Virus record (IMG/VR): IMGVR_UViG_3300026512_000008
Span: 3,494 to 67,493 of that record
DNA length: 64,000 bases
Origin: a virus
Reading direction: 5' to 3' (one strand)
Shown: positions 40,895 through 50,195 of the stretch, one piece after another
How the letters are laid out: the number at the start of each line of letters is the position of its first letter
How positions within the stretch are numbered: the stretch's first letter is position 1
Position numbers and translations under genes: made by a program
The notes under the pieces: model-generated
What the model was told of the DNA's origin: nothing
The model's database searches: none
What the model saw: only the letters and a program-made list of their open reading frames with translations

Positions 40895-41811
40895 TATATC
40901 CACAAACATATGAAGTTCTTAAAATACAAGGTACAGAAGCTGAAGAAGAATATTATGATTATACTATTCAATTAAGACTTAATCAAAATTGTAATTTAAA
41001 TTGTTCATATTGTCATTGGAAAGATGGAAAATTATGGAACTTTGAAGATATTATAAAAATTATAGATAATATTAAAGTTCTTTTTGATTATATGAATTTT
41101 AAAAGTACAAAAATATTTATTCACGGTGGTGAAAGTACAATACATCCTAAATTTATGGATATATTGAAATACATAAAGGATACTTTAGGAAGTGTTATTG
41201 AATTACAAACTAATTTAACTATGGATATTTCTAAATGGGATGAATATATTGATCAATATTCTGTTAGTTTACATTATGGTGAATTATTAAGAACTGGTAA
41301 AATGAAGATGTTTACACAAAACTTAGATAAAATTAAAGAATTATATCACTTTGATATTATGTTAGAAAAAGTTGATGATAAAGAGAAATACTATAATTTT
41401 ATTTTAAAGTATTTAAATAAAGCTGTCGAAAGTGAGTTTATATATAATTATATGGGCGGATATAATTGCTATGAAGATCATAAAGATTTTATAGACAAAT
41501 ACAATAAAACAACACAAGAATATCTTATAAATAACAAAATTTATAACACAAATGACTTATTTGAAAATGTAAATTTTAAAGGTATGACTTGTTTTGAAAC
41601 ATCCCAACAAACTTTTATAAATGGTGACGGAAATGTTTCAATATGTCCTAGTGGTGTTCCGTCAGGTATAACAGAGGGGGATGTATGGTTTAATATTTTA
41701 ACAGATAAACACTTTTTAATAAAGTTTAAAGTTATATATACTCAAGGGTTTAAATGTAAATGGAATCAATGTTTAGGTTGTTTTTATAGTGATAAAATAA
41801 GGAAAGATTAA
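40891..41811 (+). CDS. Radical SAM protein
   Basis: CNLNCSYC, HGGESTIHP, FKGMTC...CKWNQCLGC. Confidence 0.88.
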   Translation: MIYPQTYEVLKIQGTEAEEEYYDYTIQLRLNQNCNLNCSYCHWKDGKLWNFEDIIKIIDNIKVLFDYMNFKSTKIFIHGGESTIHPKFMDILKYIKDTLGSVIELQTNLTMDISKWDEYIDQYSVSLHYGELLRTGKMKMFTQNLDKIKELYHFDIMLEKVDDKEKYYNFILKYLNKAVESEFIYNYMGGYNCYEDHKDFIDKYNKTTQEYLINNKIYNTNDLFENVNFKGMTCFETSQQTFINGDGNVSICPSGVPSGITEGDVWFNILTDKHFLIKFKVIYTQGFKCKWNQCLGCFYSDKIRKD

Positions 41812-42503
41812 TGGTAAATATGTTACAATATAGTATAGATAATAACCTTAGACATATACCAAGTGCTTTATCACAGTATTCATATCTAAAATATTTATTA
41901 CCAAAATTGGATTATAATAATACAAATATTGTAATAGGCAAACCTTTTGGTTCTCAAGCATATTATTGTGTTTGGGAAAAAATGGGATTAGTAAAACAAC
42001 CTTTGAGTTATGGTGTTAAGCATGATGAAATAAATTTTATTAAATACTCTGAAGAAACATTAGGTAATGCTCTCGGTATTGCTAGTGGTTTAGCTTTTAA
42101 TGGTAAGAAAACATACTGTAATATAAGTGATGGTGCTTTACAAATGGGTCCTACATTAGAAGCTATTCAATTTATTGGTAAACATAAACAAAATATTTTA
42201 CTAACTGTAGATTTTAATAGTATGCAATTAACAGGAGATACTCAAAGTATTATGGGTATTAATATGTTTAATATAGAAAGTATGTTTAGAATACACGGAT
42301 GGCAAACTATTATGATAGATACTAGATATGTTAACAAATCGCGTATTAAAATGTCTATTGATCGTGCATTAAGTACTAATAAACCAGTAACATTGATTTT
42401 TAAAACATCTAAAGGACAAGGTGTTATGGAAATGGAAAAAGACCCAGTCGGTTGGCATTATAAAGAACTAAAGAATATCAATGACATTACAATATACTCC
42501 TAA
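41811..42503 (+). CDS. Transketolase-like, N-terminal TPP-binding subunit
   Basis: HIPSALS, TLGNALGIASGLA, SDGALQMG...EA, TSKGQGV..ME...WHY. Confidence 0.85.
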   Translation: MVNMLQYSIDNNLRHIPSALSQYSYLKYLLPKLDYNNTNIVIGKPFGSQAYYCVWEKMGLVKQPLSYGVKHDEINFIKYSEETLGNALGIASGLAFNGKKTYCNISDGALQMGPTLEAIQFIGKHKQNILLTVDFNSMQLTGDTQSIMGINMFNIESMFRIHGWQTIMIDTRYVNKSRIKMSIDRALSTNKPVTLIFKTSKGQGVMEMEKDPVGWHYKELKNINDITIYS

Positions 42504-43410
42504 AACTAAACAAGAATTAATTCAATTAATAGATAATAATATTAATTTAAAATTAATAAATACTGTTAATATCACAGATATGTGTGGGTTGTTTTCTTGT
42601 AAATCTGTTATTTATGATATAACTAATTGGAATGTATCTAATGTAATATATATGGACGAAATGTTTGAAAGTGCAGAATTTAATCAAGATATATCTAATT
42701 GGAATGTTGAAAATGTACTTAGTATGAGATTAATGTTTCACAATTCTACATTTAATCAGGATATATCTAATTGGAATGTAGAAAAAGTCGAAAATATTTT
42801 TGATATATTTGTTTTATCTTCATATACCTACGATATAGCTAATTGGAAATTAAATTGTAATTGTATTATTAATGATATTTTTAATGATATTTCTAAATTA
42901 AATAAATCACAATATAAACAATTTTTGAATACTAAAAATGAATTTAAAAAATATATAACATATAATACTATATCAACAAATGTATTTTCCGAAATTAAAA
43001 AGTTTAAAATTAATAATTGTTCTGCTATTAAAAAACAAATAACTATTTTTAATTGGTTATATGACATTAAATTGTCAGAGGATATTTTACAAAAAATAAA
43101 TAATATGCCGGAAATAATAAATTATTTGTATGAAGATAAAGAATATTATTATTTTGAATATATAGAATCAAATAATATTGATATCACTAAATCAGAAGTA
43201 ATTATGTTTAATACACTTTTTAAATTAAAATATCCTTTAAATGACATTGATAATGATGAAATATATTACGATATAATACCTAGAAATTTAGTAAAATCTA
43301 AAAAAACAAATAAAATTATTATGATAGATATTAAATTTATATTATCATATTTTATAAAATTACAATATTTAAAGGATATTTATGAGAATACAATTAGCGA
43401 AAACACTTAA
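42481..43410 (+). CDS. DUF285/BspA-type repeat protein fused to a kinase-like C-terminal region
   Basis: WNVSNV..M..MF....FNQDISNW repeats; C-terminal FEYIE...DIIPRN...IIMID. Confidence 0.65.
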   Translation: MTLQYTPKTKQELIQLIDNNINLKLINTVNITDMCGLFSCKSVIYDITNWNVSNVIYMDEMFESAEFNQDISNWNVENVLSMRLMFHNSTFNQDISNWNVEKVENIFDIFVLSSYTYDIANWKLNCNCIINDIFNDISKLNKSQYKQFLNTKNEFKKYITYNTISTNVFSEIKKFKINNCSAIKKQITIFNWLYDIKLSEDILQKINNMPEIINYLYEDKEYYYFEYIESNNIDITKSEVIMFNTLFKLKYPLNDIDNDEIYYDIIPRNLVKSKKTNKIIMIDIKFILSYFIKLQYLKDIYENTISENT

Positions 43411-43837
43411 AAAAACAGATTATTTGTTACATGCAGATATGTGGAACACTAAAAGATTTCTTACAAAAGGTAAAGTAATTAATGTAGGTCTAGGGGAATC
43501 TAATTTATTAAATATTGCAGGTGGTCTTGCTTCTGAAGGCAATACTGTTTATATATATGGTGTATCAGGGTTTATTATTCATAGATTGGAACAACTTAAA
43601 TTTTCTTGTAAACATTTTGGTGCAAAGTCAGGTAAAATAATTATATGTAATGCAGGGAAGTATGGATACGAAAAATTTGGTATAGGACATTTATTAAATG
43701 ATGATAAGCAAATAATGAATATGTTAGATATTCCATTTTATTCTCCAAGTAATATTAATAGTTTTGAAAATATTATGAAAAAAATAAATAATTATGATTT
43801 TGGTATATGGTATATTCAATTAGGAAAAGATAGATGA
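43382..43837 (+). CDS. Transketolase-like pyrimidine-binding subunit
   Basis: INVGLGESNLLNIAGGLASEG, FIIHRLEQLK, GIGH. Confidence 0.8.
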   Translation: MRIQLAKTLKKTDYLLHADMWNTKRFLTKGKVINVGLGESNLLNIAGGLASEGNTVYIYGVSGFIIHRLEQLKFSCKHFGAKSGKIIICNAGKYGYEKFGIGHLLNDDKQIMNMLDIPFYSPSNINSFENIMKKINNYDFGIWYIQLGKDR

Positions 43838-44424
43838 ATATTTTAGTAACAGGACAAAATGGATTTTTATTAAAACCATTAATTGAAATGATAAAGGAAC
43901 AATATAATGCTAATATAATTGAGTATCAAGATGTTAGATTTTATAATAAAGTAAAAAATATTGATATTGTTATACACTTTGCTGGTCCTATTGATGCTGA
44001 AAATGATGTAAGTACTATATTATTAGGAACTATGAATATGGTTAAAATTGCTAATGAAAATAATGCACATTTTGTATTTAGTTCATCACAAGCAGTTTTA
44101 AATTTAGTAGACAAATATGGTATATGTAAAAAAGCAATGGAAATATATATACAAGAAAATGTAAAAAATTATACTATTCTTAGGATACCAAGAGTTTATG
44201 ATATCTCAAGAAAAAAAGGGTTGATTGCTAAATTACATACTATTAATGATAAAAAATCTCTTAATAAAGTAATAACATATATAACTTTAAAACAGTTTTT
44301 AAAGTACACTATAAAACGAATATTAAAAAAAGGTTTTGTAAATTATAAATCAGTAAAATATAAACATAATACAATACAAGAGTTAAAGCACAAATATAAA
44401 GGAGTAGTACACAATGATATCTAA
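43834..44424 (+). CDS. NAD-dependent sugar epimerase/dehydratase/reductase (SDR)
   Basis: ILVTGQNGFL, VIHFAG, FVFSSS, YGICK. Confidence 0.85.
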   Translation: MNILVTGQNGFLLKPLIEMIKEQYNANIIEYQDVRFYNKVKNIDIVIHFAGPIDAENDVSTILLGTMNMVKIANENNAHFVFSSSQAVLNLVDKYGICKKAMEIYIQENVKNYTILRIPRVYDISRKKGLIAKLHTINDKKSLNKVITYITLKQFLKYTIKRILKKGFVNYKSVKYKHNTIQELKHKYKGVVHNDI

Positions 44425-45292
44425 TACAAAAGGTAAAATAACAGAGTTGGGGTCAAATGATAATAATATTCTTTTTACTTGGGATATTATAGGTAAATGT
44501 AACTTTAATTGTTCATATTGTTATAGTAAAGAATTAAATAAAACAAATAAAATAGGTGAATGGAAATTAGTATTATCAAGACTTAAAACATTAAAACAAC
44601 CTTTTAATGTAGAATTAGCTGGTGGCGAACCAACATTACATCCTGAATTAGATAAAATAATTAATGAATTACATAAAAATAAAATGTGTAAAATTATAGA
44701 ATTAGACACAAATACTACAGCATCACCTGAATTGTATAAAAAATTATTTAAAATTTCAAATAAATTAAATATATCTTGTTCATATCATCATGAATTTAAT
44801 AGTAAATTTGTAAAAATATACAAACAAATAATGAATGATAAAACATTTATTATTTTTAACTTACCTTTAAAACTTAAAGATGTTGAAGATGCTTTGAAAA
44901 TACTAGAACCTGTAAAACAAGATATTTTCTTTAATAAATTAGATACTAACAAATTTTTTAAAGCTGATTATGATAATGATATATTTAACAAAATCAAATT
45001 TGAAAATGAAGAATATTTTGATTGTGTTATTGATGGTAAAAAAACAACAATATGTGAGCAAGATATATTTATAAACAATAATGCTAATTTTAAAGGGTGG
45101 GTTTGTGCAACAAAGGGTTATTCTATAAGTATAGATGGTATAATAACATCAGAACGAGATCATCAAATATTACCATTATCACTTAGTAATTGGAATTTTA
45201 ATCGCACAATTATATGTCCTATTGAAAGATGTAAATGCGGTGATGGGTTTAAATTTAAAAAATATAACCCTTGTGCGTTTATAAATACATAA
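44414..45292 (+). CDS. Radical SAM protein with C-terminal Cys domain
   Basis: CNFNCSYC, GGEPTLHP, FKGWVC...CPIERCKC. Confidence 0.9.
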   Translation: MISNTKGKITELGSNDNNILFTWDIIGKCNFNCSYCYSKELNKTNKIGEWKLVLSRLKTLKQPFNVELAGGEPTLHPELDKIINELHKNKMCKIIELDTNTTASPELYKKLFKISNKLNISCSYHHEFNSKFVKIYKQIMNDKTFIIFNLPLKLKDVEDALKILEPVKQDIFFNKLDTNKFFKADYDNDIFNKIKFENEEYFDCVIDGKKTTICEQDIFINNNANFKGWVCATKGYSISIDGIITSERDHQILPLSLSNWNFNRTIICPIERCKCGDGFKFKKYNPCAFINT

Positions 45293-45303
45293 AAGGAGTA
45301 TAA

Positions 45304-46050
45304 ATGATTTATTTTTTATTTTGTAACGACGAAAAAGCAGGATTAAGATTAATAACTAAAATAAGTAATCAAACAGAATCTAAAGGGGATTATAAAATAT
45401 TGAACTTGGATGAAAATACTTATGTAGAAGCAATAGACAAATTAAAGAAATTTTCTGATAAAGATAATATTTTTGTATCAATAAATTCTAATATTTTATT
45501 AGATTTTTTTAAAATTATAGATTATGTTGGTTCTGATATGTGTGAAGTATATATAATTAAAAGAGATTTGAAATATATTTTACAATTTATGGACAAATTT
45601 AATATAGATACGCCTAAATTATTAGACATAATTGATAGAAATCACAACACGGAGTTAGCATCATACGAATATCCAGATAATGTTATAGATTTTAATGATA
45701 TGTGTAATAATGGGTCATTTAGTATAAATAAAAATACAATATCTCTTTCTGACGAATTTAACCTAACTAATAATATTACTCAATATGAAAAAAATATTAC
45801 AGTATTTGATAATTTTACGGATAATGATATTAATTTAATAAAAGGATTAAATTTTATTCCGAGAGATGATGGTGATGAAATTATTACATGGTATTTAAAT
45901 TTGTTTATAGCAGCAGTAGAAAATACAGAAAATTATGCTATTAAAGATGGTGATAAAGAGTTATCATTAAAAGAAGTTTTAGATATGTATAAATCAAATG
46001 GCGAATTATCTGATAATGAACAAGATATGTTATCTAAATTAGAATATTAG
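45304..46050 (+). CDS. Hypothetical protein
   Basis: AAGGAG RBS; TATAAATA at 45280. Confidence 0.55.
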   Translation: MIYFLFCNDEKAGLRLITKISNQTESKGDYKILNLDENTYVEAIDKLKKFSDKDNIFVSINSNILLDFFKIIDYVGSDMCEVYIIKRDLKYILQFMDKFNIDTPKLLDIIDRNHNTELASYEYPDNVIDFNDMCNNGSFSINKNTISLSDEFNLTNNITQYEKNITVFDNFTDNDINLIKGLNFIPRDDGDEIITWYLNLFIAAVENTENYAIKDGDKELSLKEVLDMYKSNGELSDNEQDMLSKLEY

Positions 46051-46073
46051 AATATTTTTAATAAAGGAAGTTA

Positions 46074-46676
46074 ATGAATTTAGGTAAAGTATTGATTATA
46101 GGAGCTCATCTAGATGATATTGAAGTTGGTATAGGTGGGTTTTTATCTAGATTAAGTAAAAAAGTAACAAATAATATATTTACTTATACTGCTTGTAATG
46201 GTCTTATTACAAAGGATAATAATAGATTAGAAGTATTTTATGAAAATATGAATACATTAAATATATATAATAACATAGTTGATAATTATAGTGATACTAA
46301 ACTAACATTAGAAAATATGAATATAATTAAACAAAAAATACTTGAAATTATAATGTATAATAATATTGAATCTATTTATGTTATAAATGGTGATAACCAC
46401 AATGATCATAAACTATTATATGAAGCAGTTAAAATTTGCGCAAGACAATCAAGAACTAATGTTAAAAGATTATATGCTTATCAAGTGTACACAGATTTTA
46501 ATCTTAATAATTTTAATTGTTCATTACCATTTTACACTTATAAAAAATATGAAATGATAAAGAAATATAACCAAAATATAAATGTAGAAGCTATTAAAAA
46601 TCAAGATAAAGTGTTTGGTAGTTCTGTACAAAAAAATTTAGCAGAAAAAGTTAAAATAGTGTTTGACACTATATAA
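46074..46676 (+). CDS. PIG-L/LmbE-family N-acetyl-sugar deacetylase
   Basis: IGAHLDDIEVGIGG and HNDH metal-binding motifs. Confidence 0.88.
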   Translation: MNLGKVLIIGAHLDDIEVGIGGFLSRLSKKVTNNIFTYTACNGLITKDNNRLEVFYENMNTLNIYNNIVDNYSDTKLTLENMNIIKQKILEIIMYNNIESIYVINGDNHNDHKLLYEAVKICARQSRTNVKRLYAYQVYTDFNLNNFNCSLPFYTYKKYEMIKKYNQNINVEAIKNQDKVFGSSVQKNLAEKVKIVFDTI

Positions 46677-46685
46677 AGGATAACT

Positions 46686-47705
46686 ATGATAAATTATAAT
46701 GTGATGAGTACATCACAAATAACACACAATACTTCAAATAAAATATGTAATCGAGCAAAATTAGATACAGGTACACATTGTAATTATAAGTGTAAGTTTT
46801 GTTACTATATAGATCATCTTAATGATGTTACACCTTTTGAAGTAATTAAAAAACGCATAGATTATTTTTATGATTGTGGAATACAGGAACTAGATCTTAG
46901 TGGTGGCGAAAGTTCTATACATAAAGATTGGTTTAAGATACTTGATTATTGTAATGAAAGATTTAAAAGTGTAACTACACTTTCAAACGGTTTTATGTTT
47001 GCAAATAAAGAGTTTGCACAAAAATCTAAAGATCACGGTCTTAAAGAAATATTATTTTCGTTACACGGTTCTAGTGAAGAGTTACACGATAATTTAGTAC
47101 AAAAAAAGGGTGGTTTTAAACGAATGTTAGAAGCTATACAAAACGCTAATGATGTTGGTATTATTGTAAGAATTAATTGTACTGTTACTCAAGACAATTA
47201 CTTGCACTTAAAAAAGTTTGTTAACATTGTTAAAAATTTTAATGTATTTGAAGTAAACTTCTTAACTTTAAATTATTGGAACGACGCTGGAAAACAAGTT
47301 CCTATAGATTATAACGAAGTAACGCCTAAAATTCACGAAGCTATTGATTTATTAAAGGATTTTTGTGTAGTAAATGTAAGATATACACCATATTGTTATA
47401 TGAAAGGATATGAAAAATATGTATGTAATTATTATCAACATATATACGATATATACGACTGGAATATTGCAGTATATGATATGACAATAAAACCGGACGA
47501 ATATAAAAAAGACCCTGTTAACGCATTATTTAATGAAGCCAAAGAAAATCGTAATTTATTTTATTATAAACCAAAAGAGTGTATGATGTGTAAGCATTTT
47601 TATATTTGTGATGGTATAGAAAATAAAATGAATATTAATGTAATACCAGAATCTGGTGTAAAAATTACTAATCCTGTATTTTATAGGAATAAGTATTATG
47701 AATAA
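46686..47705 (+). CDS. Radical SAM protein
   Basis: CNYKCKFC, SGGESS; PYC and C-terminal CMMCKHFYICDG. Confidence 0.9.
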   Translation: MINYNVMSTSQITHNTSNKICNRAKLDTGTHCNYKCKFCYYIDHLNDVTPFEVIKKRIDYFYDCGIQELDLSGGESSIHKDWFKILDYCNERFKSVTTLSNGFMFANKEFAQKSKDHGLKEILFSLHGSSEELHDNLVQKKGGFKRMLEAIQNANDVGIIVRINCTVTQDNYLHLKKFVNIVKNFNVFEVNFLTLNYWNDAGKQVPIDYNEVTPKIHEAIDLLKDFCVVNVRYTPYCYMKGYEKYVCNYYQHIYDIYDWNIAVYDMTIKPDEYKKDPVNALFNEAKENRNLFYYKPKECMMCKHFYICDGIENKMNINVIPESGVKITNPVFYRNKYYE

Positions 47706-48225
47706 AAAAAATGTAATGATACACGAAGTAAATGAGAATGTATTGAGTAAAGATTTAAGTAATTTTGACATAATAACATTTGATGATGGTTTATATTCTC
47801 AATACTTAAATTTAGAACATTATAAAAAGTTGCCCCAACCAAAAATATTTTTTATAAGTACAAACATAGTATGTCCTGAAGATACAAAACAAAGTATAGA
47901 ACCTTTATATTGTGCAGATGCACATAAAAAAGCATTTGAAGGTAATTTTGAAAATTATATGAAATGGAGTCAAATAATTGAAATTTATAATACTCCAAAT
48001 TGTTTTATAGGCGGACACTCCCATAATCACACAAAATTACACACACTTAAAGAAAATATAGAGGATACTAAAATAATGATAAAAGTTTTTAAAAGTAAAA
48101 ATATTAGTATAGAAAATTATTGTTACCCTTATAATTTTGCACAATCTTTAAGAAAATTATCTGTTAATAGATATGGTATAACTAATATATTTGGTGGTGA
48201 AAGAATAGCCGTTGAAAGTTTATAA
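47698..48225 (+). CDS. Polysaccharide deacetylase (NodB-like)
   Basis: ITFDDG, GGHSHNH, YCYPYN. Confidence 0.85.
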   Translation: MNKKNVMIHEVNENVLSKDLSNFDIITFDDGLYSQYLNLEHYKKLPQPKIFFISTNIVCPEDTKQSIEPLYCADAHKKAFEGNFENYMKWSQIIEIYNTPNCFIGGHSHNHTKLHTLKENIEDTKIMIKVFKSKNISIENYCYPYNFAQSLRKLSVNRYGITNIFGGERIAVESL

Positions 48226-48248
48226 ATACTTAAAAAAGGTAGGTATGT

Positions 48249-49532
48249 ATGCTACACGAATTATTCAAAGACTTTGTATTTAAATTTAACATAAGAAATG
48301 GTGAACTTGCATCACAAAAAAAATTAAATGAAAGTGTTAATATTCTTAAAAAAGAAACTGATGATTTATATAATAGAAGTGAAATTATTAGGGGTGAATT
48401 AGCTTTTCCTTGGAATGCTCAAACATATTACAAAGCAGGCGAAATAGCTTCATACCATTCTAAAAATTACATGGTAATACCCGGTCAGGAATCTATAAAT
48501 GAATTACCATCCGAATCATATAAATGGGAAGAAACAGTAAGAGCAGATTGGACAATGGAACTTGATCCTAATGGATATATTCACAAAGATAATGAAGACC
48601 CTTATGTGCCAAGTAACGATTTTAATCCTGCTACTAAGAAATATGTAGATGATGTTCATAGAGAATTTTCTGTAAATCTAAATATTAATGATGGTATAAA
48701 TTTTTTACCACTTAACGACAATATGTTAGTAGGAATAGAACATATAACAGGTAATGGATTAGATGAAGGAGATACTGGATACATTCCTATATATACACCA
48801 ACAGCAGAAGCACATCCTGCTAATAAAAAATATGTAGATGATCAAATAGAAGAATTAGCCGAGGGTGGAAGTATTGTAGTAGGACATACTTTAAATTCTG
48901 AAAGATTAGGTGGTAGAACACCGGACCAATATATGTCATTAGAAAGTGATACAATATCACAATATCCTTTTATGGCTATTAAAAACAATGACAATCCTGC
49001 AAGTACTACTATGGGTGACTGGATGAGAACTCCTTCTGGTGGTTTATTACCGTATAATAACAATATAGGTAGTAATATAGGAAGCGAAAATTGGAAATTT
49101 AAGGATATATGGGTTAAAACACTTCATGCAGATACAGTTATATCAGATGCTCATGTTATTGTCGAAACTCATTTTATAGATAAATATGAATCAGATGATA
49201 ATTACGAACCTGGCACAATCCTTAGAATAGGGGATGCTACAGAAGTGTCTATTTTTAATGATGTAAATACGGATAAAGTAGCAGGTATTATAGCTAAAGA
49301 AATCGATACAACTGAATTTCAAACAAATAATAAAGTATATTCCGCATTAAAAGGTAAGTTTGCTGTTAGAATTAAAGGTCCTGCAAATAGAGGTGATTAC
49401 ATTAACGCAAGTTATAATGGTGTTGGTGTTGCAAGTTTAGAAAAAAGTGATATAACAGTTGGTATATGTATTAATGCAGGAGATTATCCTGGTAATGATT
49501 ATACTGAATATAAAGTAGAAGTAAAAATATAA
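48249..49532 (+). CDS. Third tail fibre/spike paralogue, with degenerate chaperone motif
   Basis: WNAQTYYKAGE module, NPATKKYVD, C-terminus homologous to 13039; TATAAATA at 48221. Confidence 0.7.
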   Translation: MLHELFKDFVFKFNIRNGELASQKKLNESVNILKKETDDLYNRSEIIRGELAFPWNAQTYYKAGEIASYHSKNYMVIPGQESINELPSESYKWEETVRADWTMELDPNGYIHKDNEDPYVPSNDFNPATKKYVDDVHREFSVNLNINDGINFLPLNDNMLVGIEHITGNGLDEGDTGYIPIYTPTAEAHPANKKYVDDQIEELAEGGSIVVGHTLNSERLGGRTPDQYMSLESDTISQYPFMAIKNNDNPASTTMGDWMRTPSGGLLPYNNNIGSNIGSENWKFKDIWVKTLHADTVISDAHVIVETHFIDKYESDDNYEPGTILRIGDATEVSIFNDVNTDKVAGIIAKEIDTTEFQTNNKVYSALKGKFAVRIKGPANRGDYINASYNGVGVASLEKSDITVGICINAGDYPGNDYTEYKVEVKI

Positions 49533-49570
49533 TACTAAATATTTAGTATAAATAACTAAAAGGATATAAT

Positions 49571-50182
49571 ATGACAAGTGGATTGGTATTAAGATCAGAG
49601 AAAGGTTCTGAGTTAACACATAATGAAGTAGATGGAAATTTTATTTATCTTAAAAATATAGAAGAAGGGGATTTTTCTTCCTTAAATAATAGAATATCTG
49701 AATTAGAGCATCCAAATACAATAGCGTCAAGACACAATACTTTTAAATTAATAGAAAACGGTGTTTGTGAAGGATTTTCTAGTATTATAGTATTATTTAC
49801 TGGTACAGTTCCTTCTGGAATTTTCCCAGATTCATCAATTAATTCCAATATTCATATTAGAGGTTTTTTATTTAATGATTCTAATGAAAAAATGTATTCT
49901 GTAGATATTTATATTATTGCATATTGGGATATTGAAGATGAAGAATTGCGTTTTAGAGGACCAAATGTAAATAACTATAAAGTTTATAATACTCAAGAAG
50001 GGTTTGTAGTTGATATACAATCTTTCATAGCAGATAATGATGAAAGTATATCTTTTAATACAGATGATTTTTGGGCTGGTGATTTGGAAATAACTATTAT
50101 TAATCATGTAGACAGTAATGTACCAACTACTTTAGGTTCATATTTTACACCAACTTTAAAAACAGAATTACAAGAAGCTTAA
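49571..50182 (+). CDS. Putative virion protein
   Basis: LRSEKGSELTHNEVDGNF N-terminal anchor motif; TATAAATA at 49547. Confidence 0.55.
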   Translation: MTSGLVLRSEKGSELTHNEVDGNFIYLKNIEEGDFSSLNNRISELEHPNTIASRHNTFKLIENGVCEGFSSIIVLFTGTVPSGIFPDSSINSNIHIRGFLFNDSNEKMYSVDIYIIAYWDIEDEELRFRGPNVNNYKVYNTQEGFVVDIQSFIADNDESISFNTDDFWAGDLEITIINHVDSNVPTTLGSYFTPTLKTELQEA

Positions 50183-50195
50183 AAAAGGAAAATAT

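Noticed and set aside
45304-46050. Sulfotransferase-like call (IIKRD, IDFNDM)
   Set aside because: No clear PAPS-binding loop; too weak without a profile search
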